Positions 47,581-59,440 of a stretch of 64,000 nucleotides of DNA are shown here, in pieces. The DNA comes from Heterodontus francisci. Its lineage: Eukaryota. The notes below the pieces were generated by a model. The model was not told where the DNA came from, did no database searches, and saw only the letters and a program-made list of their open reading frames with translations. The stretch lies in contig NC_090396.1 of NCBI RefSeq assembly GCF_036365525.1, positions 71,383,111 to 71,447,110 of the forward strand, read 5' to 3'. Positions within the stretch are counted from its first letter, which is position 1. The number at the start of each line of letters is the position of its first letter. The position numbers were made by a program, and so were the translations under genes.

Positions 47581-48810
47581 GTAAGTACTTTACTGCCCCC
47601 ATTATTACTGCTTTTAACAACCCATTTAGTATGTTTACCACAGCTTCAGTGTTGACAAAACAATTGAGACTGCAAACTCTGTCTTCGAAGACGAAGGTGA
47701 CCTGAGGATTTAGACTGAATGCTTTGGACAGAGTGTGATCAGTATGTTAAACAGACTGCCCGGGGATTCAGACAGCAAATTCAAGAGGGAACTGCAGAGA
47801 TGCTTGGCTGAAAGAGAGAGTAGTGATTAATGTATGAGAACGTTTAGACTTTTGGACAGACTGATGAACTGTGATTGTCTTTTCTAACCTGTGTATTTCT
47901 AAGATAGGAAGTGGTTCTAAGGAAGAAGGAACAGTCTGGCTCCAATCGCTTTCACTGATTTGCCTCTGTTTAAAAACAACATAAGTAATCCAAGACAATT
48001 TCTCTTCCTAATCTCTAATTTTAGTTGGTGGTTAAACTTTTCTGAATGCCTTGTCTCGCTGTGTGTTCTATTGGGTGGTTGGCAGTGAGATACGAGGCAG
48101 ACCTTCAATTGGGCCGCTAAAAACATCCAAACCATGCGAGTGAAGCTTGAGCACTTTGTAAAATTCAAAACCCCAAGATTGAAGTTGAAAGGAACATAAA
48201 GAATTTGTATTTGTATAGTGTCTTTCACAACCTCCCAGACATCCCAAAAAGCTTCACAGTTGATGAAGTACTTTTGAAGTGTAGTCGCTGTTATAATGTA
48301 GGAATGCAGCAACTGATTTGCACACAGCAAGCTCCCACAAATAGCAATGTGATACATCACCAGACAATCTGTTTCAGATGTGTCCATCAGGTTCACTCTA
48401 TCCAGAGATCATGAATGATTTTCCTATCATGGACTTTATCCTCACCACCTTGACTGTTGACCTCTTACTTTAAGAAACAGAAGTTACTGCCTTAACACTC
48501 CCTGCTCAATGTAGTTTGATGTGATTGAGTTGGGCCTGGCCCAGTGAGACCTTCACACATGGGGCTGAGCTCAATGGGGCACAGTTGCCTGAACTATAGG
48601 GCATCAGAGACTTGCCATTATCGTTACCTGATACACCTTCACCATTTGGCTCAGACACTGATATTGATCTCTTATCCAGCAATAAAACTTAAACACGCCC
48701 ATCGTCACTGTTTTTAAAACTGAAGAAGGGGATAAAAGTTGAATTTGCGGCTGCTGGTAGGAGGCGGGCGGGGGAAGGGTTGGAGACGGGGAGTGGAGGG
48801 GGAGCTGGAG

Positions 48811-48815
<5 letters not shown>

Positions 48816-48849
<34 letters not shown>

Positions 48850-48878
48850 CCACACCCCTCCCCCCCCCCCCCCCCCCC
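48816..48878. repeat. (CT)n microsatellite plus poly-C run
   Basis: Direct reading. Confidence 0.9.
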
Positions 48879-49283
48879 CGGCCCTATGGAACTAATGTAA
48901 ATTTTTGGCCTAATTTCTAATGTTCAGATTCCTTCATGCCCCCTCCAACACCCAGCTTCTTACTGTTTTTCACTTCTTCACACCACTAATGATGGCCCCT
49001 CATTTAACCACTCTGCCCTCTATTCAATTCTCTCCACCTTCTTTGCTTTAAAAAAACTTCCCAAAACACTTTCTATCGTGCCTTTCACTTCCCAAGCTAC
49101 TTGTTTTTACTTTATCTAAACTTTCCCCTCCACTGTTTTGCTTTGAGCCATGCCCCAGCATAATGAATACTGGAGAAATGCAAATTGTCGTCTATTAGTA
49201 CTGAACGAGCAGCACATCTGTTCTGTTCACTAATCATTCTACATGGCCATTTGCTATATTAAATTATTTCAAGATATTGCAAA

Positions 49284-51079
49284 TAGAACATAGAACATTA
49301 CAGCGCAGTACAGGCCCTTCAGCCCTCGATGTTGCGCCGACCTGTGAAACCATCTGACCTACACTATTCCATTTTCATCCATATGTCTATCCAATGACCA
49401 CTTAAATGCCCTTAAAGTTGGCGAGTCTACTACTGTTGCAGGCAGGGCGTTCCACGCCCCTACTACTCTCTGTGTAAAGAAACTACCTCTGACATCTGTC
49501 CTATATCTATCACCCCTCAACTTAAAGCTATGTCCCCTCGTGTTTGCCATCACCATCCGAGGAAAAAGGCTCTCACTATCCACCCTGTCCAACCCTCTGA
49601 TTATCTTGTATGTCTCTATTAAGTCACCTCTTCTCCTCCTTCTCTCGAACGAAAACAACCTCAAGTCTCTCAGCCTTTCCTCGTAAGACCTTCCCTCCAT
49701 ACCAGGCAACATCCTAGTAAATCTCCTTTGCACCTTTTCCAAAGCTTCCACATCCTTCCTATAATGCGGTGACCAGAACTGCATGCAATACTCCAGGTAC
49801 AGCCGCACCAGAGTTCTGTACAGCTGCAGCATGACCTCGTGGCTCCTAAACGCGATGCCCCTACTAATAAAAGCTAACACACCATATGCCTTCTTAACAG
49901 CTCTATTAACCTGGGTGGCAACTTTCAGGGATTTATGTACCTGGACACCAAGATCTCTCTGCTCATCTACACTACCAAGAATCTTCCCATTGGCCCAGTA
50001 TTCTGCAATCCTGTTACTCCTTCCGGAGTGAATCACCTCACACTTTTCCGCATTAAACTCCATTTGCCATCTCTCAGCCCAGCTCTGCAGCCTATCTATG
50101 TCCCTCTGTAACCTACAACATCCTTCGGCACTATCCACAACTCCACCGACCTTCGTGTCATCCGCAAATTTACTAACCCACCATTCTACACCCTCATCCA
50201 GGTCATTTATAAAAATGACAAACAGCAGTGGCCCCAAAACAGATCCTTGCGGTACACCACTAGAAACTATACTCCAGGATGAACATTTACCATCAACCAC
50301 CACCCTCTGTCTTCTTTCAGCTAGCCAATTTCTGATCCAAAGCTCTAAATCACCTTCAACCCCATACTTCTGTATTTTCTGCAATAGCCTACCGTGGGGA
50401 ACTTTTCAAACGCCTTACTAAAATCCATATAGACCACATCCACGGCTTTACCCTCATCCACCTGTTTGGTCACCTTGTCAAAAAACTCAATAAGGTTTGT
50501 GAGGCACGACCTACCCTTCACAAAACCGTGCTGACTATCTCTAATGAACTTATTCTTTTCAAGATGATTATAAATCCTATCTCTTATAACCTTTTCCAAC
50601 ATTTTACCCACAACCGAAGTAAGGCTCACAGGTCTATAATTACCAGGGCTGTCTCTACTCCCCTTCTTGAACAAGGGGACAACATTTGCTATCCTCCAGT
50701 CTTCCGGCACTATTCCTGTCGACAATGACGACATAAAAATCAAGGACAAAGGCTCTGCAATCTTCTCCCTGGCTTCCCCGAGAATCCTAGGATAAATCCC
50801 ATCTGGCCCAGGGGACTTATCTATTTTCACACTTTCCAAAATTGCTAATACCTCCTCCTTGTGAACCTCAATCCCATCTAGCCTAGTAGTCTGTATCTCA
50901 GTATTCTCCTCGACAACATTTTCTTTCTCCACTGTAAATACTGACGAAAAATATTCATTTAACACTTCCCCTATCTCCTCCGATTCCACACACAACTTCC
51001 CACTATTATCCTTGATTGGCCCTAATCTAACTCTAGTCATTCTTTTATTCCTGATATACCTATAGAAAGCCTTAGGGTT
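49284..51079 (-). mobile_element. Young 5'-truncated CR1 LINE (RT nearly intact)
   Basis: ORFs of 231 aa and 341 aa separated by one frameshift near 50400; KFADDTK; tail atgttctatgttct. Confidence 0.95.
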
Positions 51080-51784
51080 AAGAAATGATTAAAAGCATTG
51101 AAACTGATAATGAAATCTTCATATTTTATGGGTGGAGAGCCTAGTCATAGGTATTGCAATTGTGTGGGACATGCCGGATGGACCAAAGCATCTTTACCTG
51201 TTAGTTATTGTTCATATGTTTGTATTAACTTAAACTGCCACTATCATATTTTGAACAGCTGAAATTTGGAGGTCATAATTGTTACTCCACTATAGGTAAC
51301 TATTCTTAATATATTAATGCATTACACTGGGACACGTGGGTTATGCTTATCCTATATTGAGGCAGCTGTTTCAGCCAATAGTGACTGTGGTGGGAAGGTC
51401 AGTCCCTCTTTAACACATGTGGGGATAACTGGTAGAATGTTTTGCAAGTTTTTGGTGAAGCATTTTCAGATGCAGTAATATAGTTTTTGTAAAGTGCTCT
51501 GACCTATTAGATTAAATAAGCCACTAATGAGGTTTATAAACCAACTGTCAATCTTTATTGGTTTATGTTTTATAAAAAAAAAGCAACTTGTGATTTTTAT
51601 ACCAAATTTCCTGATATTTAAGAGTTTGTCTCTTGATTTATCAGATAGTGGGGTTGGCATGTCTGCTATACAAACGCTAGTTTTTTTTCTTTTATTCTCT
51701 TGGCACTAACTTGCTATCGATGAACACCGTATTCAGGAGAGGGAGTTTTTACAGGCTGTGCTTTTTATTTTGTTTTGTTCCCAG

Positions 51785-51897
51785 AATGGAGGCGGCAGGA
51801 CAGCCGGATAAGAGAGATAGTATCGGAGTGTGTGTCGAGCCGCAGAATGAATGTGACTCACTGCAGAGAGACAAGGCTGTGTGCATCAGCTCAAATG
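51785..51897 (+). CDS. CRLF3: CRLF3 coding exon 7 (MEAAGQPDKRDSIGVCVEPQNECDSLQRDKAVCISSN), 113 nt
   Basis: Acceptor ttgttcccag|A, donor AATG|gtaaag; matches CRLF3 VETVGQPDRRDSIGVC...LQRDQAVCISTN. Confidence 0.96.
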
Positions 51898-52599
51898 GTA
51901 AAGAAACTGAATGGGGCTGCCTTGTGTGGGTAGGGCTGAACTGTCTACAAAGATCATTCTTTTAGTTTCTCTCTAATTCTTACTCTTGTGTGAACGTTGG
52001 TGACCGTTCTTCAGACTGTCCCACAATGGATCTCTACCACCTAGAAGGACAAAGGCAGCAGATGCATGGAAACACCATCACCTGCATTTCCCTCCAGCCA
52101 CACACTATCCTGACTTGGAACTATATTGCCATTTCTTCACTGTCGCTGGGTCAAAATCCTGGAACTCCTTCCTTATAGCACTATGGGTGTACCAACCCCA
52201 CGCGGACTGCAGCGGTTCAGGAAGGCGGCTCACCACCACCTTCTCAAGGGCAGTTAGGGATGGGCAATTAATTCTGGCCTAGTCAGCGACGTTCACATCC
52301 CATGAACGAATTTTTTTAAAATGGAGGACACTGTAGATGTCCATGATCCTGTTATGTCACTCAAAGTAGTGATAATAAATAATTGTTTTTAGTATTGTTG
52401 CGTCCAGACTCTTTAGAACAAAAGTAATACAATTGGCGTGTGCTTACTCCTATCGGGTAGCCATCTAATGTTCAGTTAACGATATGCAAGCACAGCACCA
52501 TCCAATAGGTGTTGCGTCGTGTCATTCAGGAGCAGGATCCTGGTTGATTTTCCTCCCTCACAGTCCAGGGTACGAAGGCTGAAATTGGGTGATTCAGTG

Positions 52600-53484
52600 A
52601 AGAACACAAGAAATAGGAACAGGAGTAAACTATATGGCCCATTGAGCCTGCTCCAACATTCAGCACGATCATGGCTGATCTTAGGCTTCAACTCCACTTT
52701 CCCGCCCGCTCACCATATCCCTTGATTCCCTGAGAGACCAAAAATCTGTCAATCCCAGTCTTAAATGTAATCAACGATGGAGCATCCACAACCCTCTGGG
52801 GTAGAGAATTCCAAAGATTTGCAACCCTTTGAAGTAATTTCTCTTCAAGTCAGTCCTAAACGATTGGCTCCTTATCCTGAGATTGTGTCCCCATGTTTTA
52901 GATTCCCCAACCAGTGGAAGCAATTTCTCAGCCTCTACCCTGTCCAGACCCTTCAAAATCTTGTATGTTTCAATGAGATCACTTGTCATTCTTCTAAACT
53001 CCAGAGAATATAGTACCAATTTACTCAGCATGTCATCATAGGGCAAACCCCTCATCCCACAGACCAATTTAGTGAACCTTTGCCTTTCTTAAATGTGGAG
53101 AGCAAAACTGCACACAGTACTGCAGATGTGGTCTCGCCAAAACCCTGTACAGTGTAGTAAGACTTCTTTATTCCTGTACTCCAATCTCCTTACAATAAAG
53201 GCGAACATGCCATTTGCCTTCCTAATTGCTTGCCATACCTGCATGCTAAACTTTTTGCGATCCTTGTACAAGCACACCCAAATCTCTTTGAACAGCAACA
53301 CTTACAAGCTTCACACCTTTTAAAAAATATTCTGCTTTTCTTATGACCAAAGTGAATAACTTCACACTTCGCTACACTATACTCCACCTGCGATCTTGTT
53401 GCCCACTCACTTAACCTGTCTATATCTCTTTGCAGCCTCTCTGTGTCCTCCCCACAGCTTACCTTTCCATCTAGCTTTGTATCA
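52600..53484 (-). mobile_element. CR1 3' fragment, split by an LTR; resumes at 56905-56930
   Basis: YSLEFRRMTSDLIETYKILKG; ctttgtatca|...|atcatcagcaaacctagatac reconstitutes the antisense of SKFADDTK. Confidence 0.88.
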
Positions 53485-53752
53485 TATTACGACCAAGGCA
53501 GGAGGATTGTACTGTGAATTCGGTCCCACTTCTCCACGGGTCACAGCATATCAATAAATTTTCCCACTAACCGAAAAACAGCCAATTTATATACTCTATT
53601 TGTGCCCCAGAATGAAGCACACCAACCAGATTTTTTTAATAGACAACAAATTAACTATTTATTAATTAACTAAACCTTAAACAATAACAAGATAAAATCT
53701 ATATATGAAAAAAAAAATTTAACTCCTTATCCTTCCTAGCCCTCATATGTGT

Positions 53753-53789
<37 letters not shown>

Positions 53790-54180
53790 CCATTAACCGG
53801 GGAAAAAAGATTTTTTTGGATTACAGCTGTTTCTTGGAATAAAAAGGAAAAAAAATAACATAATTAAATTTATCACGTTCTGGTAGGATATTTTTGGTTC
53901 GGTGAGGTGTCCCAGTCAAAATAGTCGGATGCCACTCGAAGTCTCTCCAGGCGAGGTTGATGAACAGTCTGTGAATGGATAGGCGTTCAAGGCAATTCGT
54001 CTGCAGCAGACTTCACGTAGGCCTTTCAGCAAGGGTGTAGCAACAGGTCTGCTTAAGACTCACAACAGCAATATAGCAGTAGAAGCTTATTCCAGATTTC
54101 AGGATTTCCCAAAACACAGGAGGCAACAGGAACCACTCTTAATGCAGGGATTCTTCAGAGACAGGAGGCAATAAGAATCT

Positions 54181-56527
54181 AATTAATCGTTTGGTAGTAC
54201 AGAACTTGAGTATTGCTGAAAATAGAGAAATGCTGTTGAAGCTTTTCGGCTTGCACTCATCAGGACAATGCACAAGAATACCAATGTAAGGGAAAACAAC
54301 AACTTTTACTTTGAGGAGAGTGCTGATTGGTTGGCAAGTGAACTTTGGTAGAGGTGTTGCCATGGAGAATGCACCAGTTTACGGTGACTGACAGTTAACT
54401 GCTAAGCTTTGTTTGAAATTTAAACCAGGCAGCTTGACTCTGGTCTGGGTATTGCCCTGAGGAATGAACAAGTGAATGGCTGTCACTTATTTTGTTGATC
54501 TAAAACAGGCACAATGTTTGTACATGTTCTTTCTGTCTGCAAAGATCAGGGCCCTGTGTATTAATGTATGTAGCTTCCAGTATGTGCAAATGCGCCACAC
54601 TGCAAGTCCTATTGACAATCTTAAATTGGTTGTCAGTGTAATTCTTAGCACACTGAGGATTATTTAGCAAATGTTGCCCAATCATGGAATTACATCTAAT
54701 GTTGGACACTGTTTTTAGTTTTGCAAGCACAGGCTGATTGGGTACGGCCTGTACCTTGCCCATAGTAAACAGCGGAAGGGACATGTTGTTTGATACGATC
54801 TGCCAGTCTTTGGGACATACGGCCTATATACCTAGCATCACACTGGCATTGAAATTCATATATCACATTACTCTTTTGTGTGGTAGGCAGGATGTCTTTT
54901 TGGCTTGACGTCAGCATGCTGTTAGTGGCGAACACCACACGTGTTACTACTAGCAGCGTGAAACAGCTAGCTTCACCTGTTGTTCAAATTTTTGGGATAC
55001 ATTACCCTTCCAGTGTAATTTGAGGTAGACTGGGCACTTTTCAGGGCTGAAAATGATGGTCTTAGGCCCGTTCATAAGTTTGCGCCTTATACAGCAAGTA
55101 ATCTGATCAGGGTAGCCATTGTCACGCAGGATGTCTTTGATTCACCCTATTTCAGTATCAAACTTGCATGGTGAGCAAATGGCTCGGGATCTATTTACAA
55201 GGTTGCCAATAAGGCCAATTTTATAATGCATGAAACTGAGAATCCCGACGCGTGTGTTAACCAGTGAAGGTAAGTTTGTGGTAAACCATGGTAGAGAGCC
55301 CCTTAGCAGATTTCTCAACGAGAATGTCAAGGAAAGGGAGCTCATTTGACTGCTCCATTTCAAAGGTGAATTTGAGTGCAGGATGGAACCCATTAAGACG
55401 TGAGGAATTATTGCATGCAGCTGCAGATTCAAATATAGCAAACGTAACATCTTCACATCAGAAATATGCAAGAGGCAGGAGGTTAGATGTCATTCCCTCA
55501 AAGACACGTTTCTCATGGAACCTAGCAAAGATGTTTGCGAGAGCTGGGCCTAGAGGGGATCCTATGGCAACACCATCGATGTGGGCATATATGGTGTCAT
55601 TAAAACTGAACTCAACTGCGCGAGTTGCTGAGTTCAATGAATACTGATTCACGCAATGGTGGCAGATCTAGATCGCTGTGATGTAGTGCTGCAGCACAAA
55701 TATCTATGGCTTTCTTAAGTGGCAAATTGGTGAATAGGCTAGCAATATCAAATGAGCATATGGACACATATTGATCAGGCTTGATGGGCCGAATGGCCTA
55801 CTCCTGTTCCTATTTCCTATGATATGCAAGTCCTGTATGGTCTTAGCAAATGTGAAGGAATCCTTCACCGTGTGGAGAACTTTCTCAAAACTGGTTGTAA
55901 CAATTCGCCCAACCATTTGGCTAATTCATGTTGTGCAGAACCGGTCACAGATGAGATGGGACGTAGAGGGACATCAGTTGGGCAGCCTGTAAAGTCGCGG
56001 ACGCAGCGAGCCATGAGGACGAACCCTGTCATATATATCACCCAGCAGCTCATAGCTCTTACACAAGTCCAGCGTGTTTTTTAGCTTACTTTCGAGCAAG
56101 GCTGTCTGGTCATGTTGAGCAGCAGGTCCAATGGATATGAATTAGGACCCGTCATTAAGAATGGTGTGCATTTGGTTGATGTAGTCACGCTTAGTAAGGA
56201 GGACTGTTCCCATCCTTTCCTCAGGTTTACTGATGTGTATGTCCGGGTTTGTCTTAAGGCCTCGCAACACTGTCAGACGTTTATGTTGCATGTGGAAATC
56301 AAATATGTTGTTCGGAAGCCTGCAACAAACCTTGGCAGTTAACTGTCAGTCACTGTAAATTGGTACATTTTCCATGGCAACGCCTCTACCAATCAGAGTT
56401 CACTTGCCAACCAATCAGAACTCTCTTCTCACCGTATAAAGTTGTTGTTTTCCCTTACATTGATATTCTTGTGGATGAGCGCAAGATGAAAAGCTTCGAC
56501 AACATGTCTCTATTTTCAGCAATACTT
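54181..56527 (-). mobile_element. Penelope-like element, RT + GIY-YIG endonuclease, with inverted pseudo-LTR
   Basis: NVIYEFQCQCDARYIGRMSQRLADRIKQH (GIY-YIG); IDGVAIGSPLGPALANIF (RT); ~200-bp inverted termini ~54207-54415 and ~56325-56527; 11-bp TSD aataagaatct/aataggaatct. Confidence 0.93.
54233..54268 (-). ncRNA. Minimal type I hammerhead ribozyme motif in Penelope pLTR
   Basis: Minus strand: uuguc CUGAUGA G ugcaagc C GAAA agcu UC aacag. Confidence 0.72.
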
Positions 56528-57995
56528 AATAGGAATCTGCTACCTCTAACAGACAGGGGTTTCTTCTCTAGAGATGCAGTCTTCCCCTTCAGAGAGAGTC
56601 TTTTTCTCTCTCCAGGCAGGTCAGAGCCAAATTTCAAATGCCTGCTCTATGTCCAACTCACTGGTTTTTAAAAAAGTGTCCAAAGTGAAAGCAAAGCCTT
56701 CCTGAGCTGATTCCATGACCGGACAGAGTCTCCCCTGTCATTCAAAGTGGTGCTCTTAGGAGGTCATAACCCCTTGATGTTTACTTGAAATTGCCTGCTT
56801 TCCAGTTCTCTCGTACAGTCAATATCCAAAAAAAATCCTTTTCTCAGTTTTTAAAACACACTGAATTCTAAGTTCTTAGTACAAAAAAGGAAACCCTCGT
56901 AACAATCATCAGCAAACCTAGATACATTACTAGTAAAGACTAGATGTGGGCCATGACACCGTGCTGCTTGTTTGCTTGGCTCTGGTGGTAGCTGAGTTTG
57001 AATCCTGCACCAGGAGTTTGAGCTTTCCCATGCAGATGCTCCTATGCAGTGCTGAGAAAGTGGTGCATGACCCCTAGCTGTTAACCTACTGGGCACGATG
57101 TTGAACCCAGGCTGGCGACCTCTTGTTCTGGTGGCCCAGGTGACTGCTGAATATCCCACAATGAAGAGGAGGGACTTCTCCTGGCGTGTTGGCCAGTACT
57201 TTTCCCTCAATCAGCACCACGAAGGTTTGCCTGGTTATTTATCTAATGTCTGTTAGTGAAGGAAGTGCACAAAACAGCTGCCTCCATAACAATAATCTCT
57301 GTATTTCAGAGTAATTCATTGTGTGTGGATCACTGAGGAGTTCGAGATACAATGAAGTGCTGTATCAATGCAATTATTTTTTTTCTGTCTTGGACCACTC
57401 AGACAGACAGTGAGACTTGATCTCCGAGCTAGCGGGCAGTGGAAATGGCGAAAGGCAGAAATCATTCAATTACCCACTTGCTCCAATTCCCATGGCTGCA
57501 AAATCATCTGTCTCCTCACTGCCAGTTGAATGCAGAGCCTCTGTTTTGCCTCCCCATAGGACATTACAGTCTGCACATTATATTTAATGCCAGATTTAAT
57601 TCTGGGTGTAGTGGTTATGTTCCTGGACTAATGATCCAGGAACATGAATGAAAACCCCACCATGGCAGCTGAGGAAATTATATTCAATGAATTGAATAAA
57701 TCAAAAAGCTAGTATTAGTAATGGTAAGCAGGAAACTGCTTTGGGTTCACTAATGTCCTTTAGGGAAGGAAATCTGCCATCCGTACCTGGTCTGGCCTAC
57801 ACATGACACCAGATTCACAGCAATGTGGTTGACGCTTAAATGCCCTCTGAAATGGCCTAGCAAGATGGTTATATTCAAGAAGGTGACTCTGCCATCTTCT
57901 CAAGGGCATTTGGGGCTGGGCAATAAATGCTGGGCATACCAGTGATGCTCTCATCCTGAGACTGAATAACTTGTTTCATCATTTTATTTTTTTAG

Positions 57996-58249
57996 GGACA
58001 GTATTTGTGAATGGTAAAGAAATGACCAATCAACTACCTTGTGTTTCTACTGGGTCATCGGTGACCTTTGACATGGAAGTTGTTAGCTTGGGTTCAGGCT
58101 TCAATGATGCCGCTAGTTTCAAGCTTCGAGTGATCATAAGCTCTGGAAATCGAGAAGTGGTGTTTGACTGGCTGCTTGATCAACCCTGCGAAGCCTTATA
58201 TTTTGGATGTTCCTTTGTGTATCCAGGTTGGAAAGTACTGGTATTTTAG
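57996..58249 (+). CDS. CRLF3: CRLF3 last coding exon (GTVFVNGKEMTNQLP...FGCSFVYPGWKVLVF*), 254 nt with stop
   Basis: Acceptor ttttttag|GG, TAG at 58247-58249; C-terminus PGWKVLVF as in CRLF3. Exon sum 1317 nt = 438 aa + stop. Confidence 0.97.
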
Positions 58250-59102
58250 ACTCCAGTGAGGGGTAAATCCTCACCTCTAATAGGATCTATTAGCATTCGA
58301 GGTCTGGCTACTCCAAACCTGTGCAAGAGCTGGAAGCATCACCGTAAAGGAGGGTCCTCGTGTTCTAGTTACAAAATCCTATAGGTGGAAAGGCTTTGAG
58401 CTACTGAATGTGGGGGGAGGGGGGAGAAAAGGTAAAGGGGCAATTTTATTATCCTCTCAGTAATTATTTTAAACAAAAGCTTTGAAAAGATATTGAAGGT
58501 TGGAGGCCATTTTAAAAAAAAAAAATTCAGCCAGGTAGAAAGTGGTTGAATTCCTCAGTGTGCATTAAATATGGAGAGTCCTGGTGATCATTTCACAAGT
58601 TCACTGTAGTAATACAGAAATCTGTCTGTGCAGAATGATATTACTCTGCCTCTGAAGTCAGACGTATGTGTTTCTGGTGAGTTGCCGAGATGATTTTTGC
58701 CAAACCTCCTGGTGTAGGCAATTTGAGAGGCGCCCAATGCTCAATGTCCTTTTGGCAAGACACTTTTCTCTTACTCTTCCCAGCCTGCACTGGCCCTTCA
58801 CCTACATTCGTCAGTTTAAAAGCATTGGAGCCATAAAATGTTGTGTAATGAAAGGAATGCCAGGTTACAAATTATTCTGTATAGGCCTACGAATGCAATG
58901 CAGGTCGCTGCTGCCTAGAACCTGGTTCAACAAGGTGAAAGTTGTCGTAACAGTGCAGCAGAAAATTTTCTGTATTCAGTCCAGGCCGAAGCCCAACAGA
59001 GAATTATACAGTTTGTGTGAACACCAAACAGTCTGTCTGTGAGAATCTCCAGTATGCAGAGGTGAACGGTTTTCTATCAAGCTGATTTATATCAACTCAT
59101 AA

Positions 59103-59108
59103 AATAAA
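59103..59108 (+). terminator. Proximal polyadenylation signal candidate (AATAAA)
   Basis: AATAAA ~850 nt after the stop codon. Confidence 0.35.
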
Positions 59109-59264
59109 CTCCCTGTTCCCCCTCTGCACCCCATACTTTTAAATGATATAGTGTACCTGCAATATAAGTTTGAGAACTTATTTTAAAAACATATTTTAGG
59201 ACAGAACATTTTATGGGACATTTAGTTTCAATGGAGTGAGAATTGAGAACCTGCAAACCTCTGA

Positions 59265-59440
59265 TAACATAGAATTTACAGCACAGGTACAGGCCATTCG
59301 ATCCAAAAGGACGTCAGTATTAATGCTCCACATGAGCCTCCTCTCATTATACATATTTAGCTTCCCCTTAAATGTATCTATGCCATTTACTGCAACCACT
59401 CCATGTGGTACTAAGTTCTACATTTTCACTACTCACACTG
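59265..59440 (-). mobile_element. Old CR1 tail remnant inside the candidate 3' UTR
   Basis: catagaatttacagcacagg...aggccattcgatcc; VAVNGIDTFKGKLNMY. Confidence 0.6.

Larger units (their letters stand above)
53485..56904. mobile_element. Solo LTR (~1060 bp net) split by a Penelope element
   Basis: TATTACGA (from TGTTACGA)...TCGTAACA termini, TSD ATCA at 53481-53484 and 56905-56908; left part similar to the reverse complement of ~9590-9788; contains (CA)n at ~53754-53788. Confidence 0.85.

Noticed and set aside
49359-51040. 341-aa and 231-aa ORFs as a domesticated gene
   Set aside because: Ordinary 5'-truncated CR1 ORF2 with a frameshift and LINE tail; intactness is explained by young age.
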